In this document: in pieces, positions 54,936-64,000 of the stretch
Numbering within the stretch: position 1 is the stretch's first letter
How the letters are laid out: each line of letters begins with the position of its first letter
Assembly (NCBI RefSeq): GCF_009914755.1
Contig: NC_060927.1
Strand: one strand, 5' to 3'
From: the human T2T-CHM13v2.0 reference genome, Homo sapiens
Length of the DNA: 64,000 nucleotides
Program-made: the position numbers and the translations under genes
Notes under the pieces: generated by a model
Seen by the model: only the letters and a program-made list of their open reading frames with translations
The model's database searches: none
Told to the model about the DNA's origin: nothing

Positions 54936-57900
54936 TTTTAAAAAAAATTATTATTATAATTTAAGTTCTGGGGTACATGTGCAGATGTGCAGGTTTGTTA
55001 CATAGGTATACATGTGCCATGGTGGTTTGCTGCACCCATCAACCTGTCACCTACATTAGGTATTTCTCCTAATGCTATCCCTCCCCTAGCCCCCCATTTT
55101 CCAACATGCCCTTGTGTGTGATGTTCCCCTCCCTGTGTCCATGTGTTCTCATTGTTCAATTCCCACTTATGAGTGAGAACATGTGGTGTTTGGTTTTCTG
55201 TTCTTGTGACAGTTTGTTGAGAATGATGGTTTCTGGCATCATCCATGTCCTTGCAAAGGATGTGAACTCATCCTTTTTTATGGCTGCATAGTATTCCATG
55301 ATGTATGTGCCACATTTTCATTATCCAGTGTATCATTGGTAGACATTTGGGTTGGTTCCAAGTCCTTGCTATTGTGAATAGTGCCACAGTACATGTGCAT
55401 GTGTCTTTATAGTAGAATGATTTATAGTCCTTTGGGTATACACCCAGTAATGGGATTGCTGGGTCAAATGGTATTTCTAGTTCTAGATCCTTGAGGAATC
55501 GCCACACTGTCTTGCACAATGGCTTAACTAATTTACATTCCACCAACAGTGTAAAAGCCTTCCTATTTCTCCACATCCTTTCCAGCATCTGTTGTTTCCT
55601 GACTTTTTAATGATCGCTATTCTAACTGGCATGAGATGGTATCTCATTGTGGTTTTGATTTGCATTTGTCAAATGACCAGTGATGAGCTTTTTTTTCATA
55701 TGTTTATTGGCCACATAAATGTCTTCTTTTGAGAAGTGTCTGTTTATATCCTTTGCCCACTTTTTGATGGGGTTGTTTGTTTTTTTTCTTGTAAATTTGT
55801 TTAAGTTTCTTGTAGATTTTGGATATTAGCCCTTTGTCAGGTGGATAAATTGCAAAAGTTTTCTCCCATTCTGTAGGTTGCCTGTTCACTCTGATAATAG
55901 TTTCTTTTGCTGTGCAGAAACTCTTTAGTTTAATTAGATCCCATTTGTCAATTTTGGCTTTTGTTGCCATTGCTTTTGGTGTTTTAGACATGAAGATTTT
56001 GCCCATGCCTATGTCCTGAATGGTATTGCCCAGGTTTTCTTCTAGGATTTGTATGGTTTTAGGTCTTATGCTTAAGTCTTTAATCTATCTTCTGATAATT
56101 TTTGTATAAGGTGTAAGGAAGGGGTCCAGTTTCAGTTTTCTGAATATGGCTAGCCAGTTTTCCCAATGCCATTTATTAAATAGGGAATCTTTTTCCCATT
56201 GCTTGTTTGTGTCAGGTTTGTCAAAAATCAGGTGGTTGTAGGAGTGTGATGTTATTTCAGATGGTTGTAGGAGTGTGGTGTTCTATTTCATTCGTCTATG
56301 TATCTGTTTTGGTACCAGTACCATGCAGTTTTAGTTTCTGTAGCATTGTAGTATAGTTTGAAGTCAGGTAGCATGATGCCTCCAGCTTTGTTCTTTTTGC
56401 TTAGGATTGTCTTGGCCATGTGGGCTCATTTTTGATTCCATATAAAGTAGTTTTTTCCAATTCTGTGAAGAAAGTCATTGGTAGCTTGATGGGGATAGCA
56501 TTGAATCTATAAATTACTTTGGCCAGTGTGGCCATTTCGACGGTATTGATTCTTTCTGTCCATGAGCATGGAATGTTTTTCCATTTGTTTGTGTTTTCTC
56601 TTATTTTCTTGAGCAGTGGTTTGTAGTTCTCCTTAAAGAGCTCCTTCACATACCTTGTAAGTTGTATTCCTAGGTATTTTATTCTCTTTGTAGCAATGTG
56701 AGAGTGAGTTCACTCATGATTTGGCTCTCTGTTTGTCTGTTATTGATGTATAAAAAAGCTTGCGATTTTTGCACACTGCTTTTATATCCTGAGACTTTGC
56801 TGAAGTCACTTACCAGCTTGATGAGATTTTGGGCTGAGACGATGGGGTTTTCCAAATATACAATCATGTCATCTGCAAACAGAGACAACTTGACTTCCTC
56901 TCTTCTTATTTGAATACCTTTATTTGTTTTTCTTGCCTGATTGCCCTGGCCAGAACTTCCAATACTGTGGTGAATAGGAATGGTGAGAGAGGGCATACTT
57001 GTCTTGTGCCAGTTTTGAAAGGGAATGCTTCCAGCTTTTGCCCATTCAGTATGATATTGGCTATGGATTTGTCATAAGTAGCTCTTATTATTTTGAGATA
57101 TGTTCCACCGATACCTAGTTTACTGAGAGTTTTTAGCATGAAGCGGTGTTGAATTTTGTCAAAGGCCTTTTCTGCATCTATTGAGATAATCATGTGGTTT
57201 TTATCTTCAGTTTTGTTTATGCGATGGATTACGTTTATTGATTTGTGTATGTTGAACCAGACTTGCATTCCAGGTATGAAGCTGACTTGATTGTGCTGGA
57301 AAAGCTTTTTGATGTGCTGCTGGATTTGGTTTGCCAGTAGTTTATTGAGGATTTTCCCACCAATGTCCATCAGGGATATTGGCCTGAAATTTTCCTTTTT
57401 TGTTGTGTCTCTGCCAGGTTTTGGTAACAGAATGATGCTGGCCTCATAAAATGAGTTAGGGAGGAGTCCCTCTTTTTCTAGTGTTTGGAATACTTTCAGA
57501 AGGAATGGTACCAGCTCCTCTTTGTACCTCTGGTAGAATTCGGCTGTGAATCCATCTGGTCCCGGACTTTTTTTGGTTGGTAGGCTATTCCTCAATTTAA
57601 GAACTTGTTATTGGTCTATTCAGGGATTTGGCTTCTTCCTAGTTTAGACTTGGGAGGGTGTATGTGTCGAGGAATTTATCCATTTCTGCTAGATTTTCTA
57701 GTTTATTTGTGTTGAGGTGTTTATAGTATTCTCTGATGGTAGTTTGTATTTCTGTGGAATCAGAGGTGATATCCCCTTTATCATTTTTTATTGTATCTAT
57801 CTGATTCTGCTGTCTTTTCTTCTTTATTAGTCTGGCTAGCAGTCTATCTATTTTGTTGATGTTTTCAAAAAAACAGCTCTTGGATTTATTGATTTTTTTG

Positions 57901-60900
57901 AAGGGATTTTTGTGTCTCTATCTCCTTCAGTTCTGCTCTGATCTTAGTTATTTCTTTTCTTCTGTTAGCTTTTGAATTTGTTTGCTGTTACTTCTCAAGT
58001 TCTTTTACTTTTGATGTTAGGGAGTCAGTTTTAGATCTTCCCTGCTTTCTCTTGTTGGCATTTAGTGCTATAAATTTCCCTCTACACACTGCTTTAAATG
58101 TGACCCAGAGATTCCGGTACGTTGTGTCTTCGCTGTCATTGCTTTCAAAGAACAACTTTATTTCTGCCTTCACTTCGTTATTTACCCAGTCGTCATTCAA
58201 GAGCAGGTTGTTCAGTTTCCATGTAGTTGTGTGGTTTTGAGTGAGTTTCTTAATCCTGAATTCTAATTTGATTGCACTTTGGTCTGAGAGACTGTTTATT
58301 ATGATTTCCATTCTTTTGCATTTGCTGAGGAGTGTTTTACTTCCAATTATGTCATCAATTTTAAAATAAGTGCGATGTGGTGCTAAAAACGAATGTATAT
58401 TCTGTTGTTTTGGGGTGGAGAGTTCTGCAGATGTTTATGAGGTCTACTTGGTCCAGAGCTGAGTTCAAGTCCTGAATGTCCTTGTTAATTTTCTTCTCAT
58501 TGATCTGTCTAATATTGACAGTTGAGTGTTAAAGTCTCCCACTATTATTGTGTGGGAGTCTAACTCCCTTTGTTCATCTCTAAGAACTTGCTTTATGAAT
58601 CTGAGTGCTCCTGTATTGGGTGCATATATATTTAGGATAGTTAGCTCTTGTTGCATTGATCTCTTTACCATTATGTAATGCCCTTCTTTGTCTCTTTTGG
58701 TCTTTGTTGGTTTAAAGTCTGTTTTACCAGAGATTAGAATTGGAACTTCTGCTTTTTTTGCTTTTCTTTTGCTTGATAAATATTTTCCATCCATTTACTC
58801 TGAGCCTATGTGTGTGTTTCCACATGAGATGGGTCTCCTGAATGCAGCACACTGATGGGCCTTGACTCTTTATCCAATTTGCTATTCTGTGTCTTTAAGT
58901 TGGGGCATTTAGCCCATTCACATTTAAGGTTAATATTGTTGTGCTTGAATTTGATCCTGTCATTATGTTCCTAGCTGGCTGTTTTGCCTATTAGTTGATG
59001 CAGTTTCTTCATATTTGTGATGTTCTTTACAATTTGGTATTTTTTTTGCAGTGATTGGTACTGGTTGTTCCTTTCCATGTTTAGTGCTTCCTTCAGGAGC
59101 TCTTGTAAGGCAGGCCTGGTGGTGACAAAACCTCTAAGCATTTGCTTCTCTGTAAAGGATTTTATTTTTCCTTTGCTTATGAAACTTAGTTTGGGGATGT
59201 GAAATTCTGGGTTGAATATTCTTTTCTTTAAGAATGTCGAATATTGACCCTCTTCTGGCTTGTAGAGTTTCGCAGAGAGATCTGCTGTTAGTCTGATGGG
59301 CTTCCCTTTGTGGGTAGCTCGACCTTTCTCTCTGGCTGCCCTTAACATTTTTCCTTTATTTCAACCTTGGTGAATCTGACGATTATGTGTTTTGGGGTTA
59401 TTCTTCTCAAGGAGTACCTTTGTGGTGTTCTCTGTATTTCCTGAATTTGAATGTTGGCCTTTCTCACTAGGTTGGGGAAGTTCTCCTGGATAATATCCTG
59501 AAGAGTGTTTTCCTGCTTGGTTCCATTCTCCCCGTCACTTTCAGGTACACCAATCAAATGTAGGTTTGGTCTTTTCACATAGTACCATATTTCTTGGAGG
59601 CTTTGTTCATTCCTTCTATTCTTCTTTCTCTAATCTTGTCTTCTTACTTTATTTCATTAAGTTGATCTTCAATCACTGATATCATTTCTTCTGCTTGATC
59701 AATTCAGCTATTGATACTTGTGTATGCTTCACAAAGTTCTCATACTGTGTTTTTCAGCTCCTTCAGGTCATTTATGTTCTTCTCTAAACTGCTTATTCAA
59801 GTTAGCAATTCATCTAACCTTTTTTCAAGGTTCTTAACTTCCTTGCATTGGGTTAGAACGTGCTCTTTTAGCTTGGAGGAGTTTGTTTTGTTTTTAACCA
59901 CCTTCATAAGCCTACTTCTGTCAGTTCATCAAACTTACTGTCTGTCCAGTTTTGTTACCTTGCTGGCGAGGAGTTGTGATCCTTTGGAGGAGAAGAGGCA
60001 TTCTGGTTTTTGGAATTTTCAGCCTTTTTGTGCTGGTTTCTCCCCATCTTTGTGGATTTATCTACATTTGGTCTTTGATGTTGGTAACCTTCAGATGAGG
60101 TTTTTGAGTGGACGTGCTATTCCTTTCTGTTTCTTAGTTTTCCTTCTGACAGTCAGGCTCCTCTGCTGCAGGTCTGCTGGAGTTTGCTGGAGGTCCACTC
60201 CCAACTCTGTTTGCCTGGGTATCAGCAGCAGAGGCTCCAGAACAGCAAATATTGCTTCCTGCTTTTTCCTCTGGAGACTTTGTCCCAGAGGGGCACCTGC
60301 CAGATGCCAGTCAGAGCTCTCCTTTATGAGGTGTCTGTTGGCTCCTACTGGGAGGTATCTCCCAGTTAGGATACATGGGGGTCAGAGAGCCACTTGAGGA
60401 GGTAGTCTGACCCTTAGCAGAGCTTGAACACTATGCTGGGAGGTCTGCTGCTCTCTTCAGAGCTGTCAGGCAGGGATGTTTAAGTTTGCTGAAGCTGCGC
60501 CCACAGCTGCCCCTTCCCCAGGTGCTCTGTCCCTCAGGTGTTCTATCCCAGGGAGATGGGGGTTTTATCTATAAGTCCCTGGCTGGTACTGCTGCCTTTT
60601 TTTCTGAGATGCCCTGCCCAAAGAGGAGAAATCTGGCAGTCTGGCCACAGGGTCCTTGCTGAGCTGCAGTTGGCTCCACCCAGTTCGAACTTCCTGGTGG
60701 CTTTGTTTACACTGTGAGCATAAAACCGCCTGCCCAAGCCTCAGAAATGGCGGACGCTCCTCCCCCAAGCAAGCGTGAGCTTCCGAGTTCGAACTCAGAC
60801 TGCTGCTGTGCTGGTAGCAAAAATTTCAAGCCAGTGGATCTTAGTTTGTTGGGCTCCGTGGGCGTGGGACCCGCCGATCCAGACCACTTGGCTCCCTGGC

Positions 60901-61403
60901 TTCAACACCCCTTTCCAGGGAAGTGAAAGGTTCTGTCTCACTGGTGTTCCAGGCACAACTGGGATATGGAAAAAAGAAAAATCAAAAAACAAAACTCCTG
61001 CAGCTAGTCCGGTGACTGCTCAAATGGATGCCCAGTTTTGCGCTTGAAACCCAGGGACCTGGTGGGGTAGGCACCAGAGGGAATCTCCTGGTCTGTGGGT
61101 TGTGAAGACCATGGGACAAGCACGATATCTGGGCCGGAGTGTGCACAGTTCCTCAGGCTCAGTCCCTCACAGTTTCCCTCGGGCAGGGGAGAAAATTCCC
61201 TGACCCCTTGCACTTCCCCGGTGAGGCGACGCCCCACCCTGCTTCAGTTCACCCTCTGTGGGCTGCACCCACTGTCCAGCCAGTCCCAATGAGATGAACT
61301 GGATACCTCAGTTGGAAATGCAGAAATCGCCCGCCTTCTGTTTTGATCTCGCTCGGAGCTGCTGACCACAGCTGTTCCTGTTTGGCCATCTTGCCAGCAA
61401 TCC
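54936..61403 (-). mobile_element. Full-length L1PA (PA6/7-like), inactive
   Basis: 5'UTR end 'ggccatcttgccagcaatcc', ORF1, ORF2 (229-aa RT fragment 56906-57595) and 3'UTR; multiple stops and frameshifts. Confidence 0.97.
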
Positions 61404-61748
61404 TGCCTCTCTGTTTATATCACACTTAGAACACTACAATCACTTTAAGAAAGAAATTGGTGACATTGAAATGTGTTTAGAGAAGAACTGTTTAGAATCA
61501 GGGGGAAGCACAAAAACATGACATATGAAGAAAAATAACCAAGAATACAGTATTTATCACAATAAAAATCAAGCTCAGGGTAAAATATATAGCTCTCCAT
61601 GATTTTGGAGTGCTCCCATGTGTCTGAGGACTTAGAGTTGTTCTGTAAGACCAACAGATATAGTGTTTTTTTTTTTTTTAAAGGGATTCCATTTCTTTTA
61701 GGAAGAATTTTTTCAGATTTAGGAAATATTATTAATACTTCCAGGAGG

Positions 61749-62048
61749 TTTTTTTGTTTTTTTTTTTTTTTTTTTTTTTTTTAGATAGAGTCTCACTGTG
61801 TTGCCCAGCTCACTGCAACCTCTGCCTCCCAGGTTCAAGTGAGTCTCCTGCCTCAACCTCCTGAGTAGCTGGGATTATGGGATTACAGGAGGAGCCTGTC
61901 ACCACAGCCAGCAAATAGTTGTATTTTTAGTAGAGATGGGGTTTCACAATGTTGGCCAGGTTGGTCTCAAACTCCTGACCTCAAGTGATCCCCCTACCTC
62001 AACCTCCCAAAGTGCTGGGGTTACAAGTGTGAAACACTATGCCTGGCC
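61749..62048 (-). mobile_element. AluS with a right-arm deletion
   Basis: 'ttgcccag|ctcactgcaacc' junction; long T tail; TSD-like caggagg on both sides. Confidence 0.9.
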
Positions 62049-62209
62049 TTTCTTTCAGGAGGTAAGTTCTCTCTTTGTTCAGCTGAAGAGAGTTTAAGCA
62101 ATCACTATGTAATAACTCAATAATTTTCTGGAGGTTTGAACTTCATAATTTTTTTCAATGATAACATAGAAAATATTTTTTCCTTTTGCTTCTTCCAGTG
62201 GCTTTATTT

Positions 62210-63060
62210 AGTTTATTTTTTAATTGAAAATAAAACTTTGTGTGATACTGTAGATAAGATACAGCTGTAAAAAATAATACAGAAAGCTCCTAGGTACCTT
62301 TTGCCCAGTTTCTCCCAATGGTTACGCTTGTCAAAATTATAAGAACTAGGATATTGACCATGATAAAATTCAGCAATCTTATTCAGATTTTCCAAGTTTT
62401 ATTTATACTTATGTGTGTGTGTGTATTTGTGTGTATTAAATTTTATACCGTTTTATTACGTGCAGGTTCTTGTATCCACTGCCACAGTAATGATACTAAC
62501 AGTTCCAACACCACAAGGATCCTCTTGTTGCCTTTTTATATCCACACTCACCTCCTGCTTGCCACCCTCCTTCTCCAACCCCCACTCCCCATCCCCTAAC
62601 TCCTGCCAACTACTCATCTACCTCCATCTAAATTATTTTTCATATTTCAAAATTTTACATAAATGAAATTAACAGTGCTATGTAGCCTTTTGGGATTAGC
62701 TTTTTTCACTCAACATAATTTTCTGAAATTCATCTAAGTTCTTGCTTGTATCAATAGTTTGTTTCTTTTATTGCTGAGTAGTATTCCATGGAATGTACTT
62801 GTCACAGTTTGTTTAATCATTCATGTGTTGAACATCTGGGCTGATTCCAGTTTTTACCTATTGTAAATAAAACTGCTATGAATATTTGTGTATGGGTTTT
62901 TGTTTTGGTAAACATAAATTTTAATTTCTCTAGGAAGTGTCTCCAGGAGTGCAACTGCTGGGTGTTATTGTGGTTGCATGTTTAGTTTTAGTTTTGTTTT
63001 GTTTTTGTTTAAGAAATTGCCAAGCTGTTTTCCAAAATGGCCAGACCAGTTTACATTCCC
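62210..63060 (-). mobile_element. L1MC2/MD-like 3' end
   Basis: 'aataatacagaaagctcctaggtaccttttgcccagtttctcccaatgg...gagtagtattccatgg...ccagtttacattccc'. Confidence 0.8.
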
Positions 63061-63669
63061 TGTCTGTCTTTTTAAACATTGTAGTTTATCTTCTGTTTGT
63101 GGAATCTTAGCTGGGCTAAATGAATCCCAGTGTGGGAAGGATTTTAGAAACCTTGCCAAGACACAAAAAATAAAGTATGTTCTGAACTAATCTGAAGAAG
63201 AGAAAATCTTGTTTAAGTAAACCTGTCTATGTAACAAGGTCATAAAAAAGGCTACACAATAAGAGAGAGGATCGTTCTTTTGGATTTTCAGAGAAGCCTT
63301 TGTTAAAATTCCACATGACCCAATGCTACTTAAAACCAAAGTCATGGGGATTAAAGGGGAAATATAAAGAATCAAAAATCTAATTCACAGTGAGTTACGC
63401 AGGCTTTGTGCCTGGATTCTTGTGTACTTACAGCTGTCTACAGCACATTCCATCTAGAGTTGCTAGATGCTCTCCTTTAAGGTGTTAGCTTTCCCAGACA
63501 TGCTTTGATGTCCTAGCAGTACCAACATGGGCAGAGTGTCATGGGCTGCAAGGAAATGGGAGAATGCTGACACTTTCTTTACATCCTATCAGGACTCTTT
63601 GGAATGAAAGATACATTTTAGTTATTGTTTTCATTTTGAGAACAATAAGCACATATAATTAATTATGAT

Positions 63670-63930
63670 ATTTACAGTTATAGCCACCATTTTGAGTTTC
63701 TACCATGTGCCAGGATCTGTGCTAAATTACATACATTATATACAGTTCTCAAAATCAGCCTTCAAAGAAGGTATTTTTTTAGATCTCCAATTTATAAATG
63801 AGGGAGGTTAGGTCATCAAGTTTAACCACATATATTCATTAGACTACTATGAAACAAATTCAAAATTTTTATTAATTTCCATGCTAAGGAATTCTAAATG
63901 CCCAGTTTCACCTATGACTTCTCTATCTAC
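63670..63930 (-). mobile_element. MIR
   Basis: 'ttgagtttctaccatgtgccagg...gtgctaaatt...tttataaatgagg'. Confidence 0.6.
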
Positions 63931-64000
63931 CGTGATTCATTACTGACTGCTGGGGGCAGGGGAAGAATTAGGAGGATGGGTAGTAGAGGTAGAGTGGCTT

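Noticed and set aside
59711-60397. 228-aa plus-strand ORF
   Set aside because: Antisense of L1 ORF1/5'UTR; no independent coding signal
61480-61642. Minus-strand hydrophobic peptide AIYFTLSLIFIVINTVFLVIFL after a ttacag acceptor
   Set aside because: T-rich DNA yields such peptides by chance and there is no good donor; not counted as an exon

Overview
Primate (very likely human) genomic DNA, AT-rich and dominated by interspersed repeats: two near-full-length minus-strand L1PA elements, several old L1M elements, about 15 Alus or Alu fragments, MaLR and ERV1 solo LTRs, hAT/TcMar DNA-transposon fossils, MIR and L2. No intact protein-coding gene is visible, and the long ORFs in the track are L1, Alu or MER20 read-throughs. 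Three things stand out. (1) In the unique intervals there is a chain of minus-strand exon-like segments with good splice signals. Their broken translations carry cadherin-repeat-like motifs and a decayed transmembrane-like segment, suggesting a decayed (unitary) cadherin-related pseudogene. (2) A gap-free 163-bp inverted repeat (145/163 identical), not recognisable as a known repeat, encloses one of those exon remnants. (3) The two neighbouring L1PA copies share many non-consensus variants, suggesting local gene conversion or a common source element. Repeat subfamily names come from recalled consensus sequences and are approximate. Repeat boundaries are approximate unless a TSD is given.
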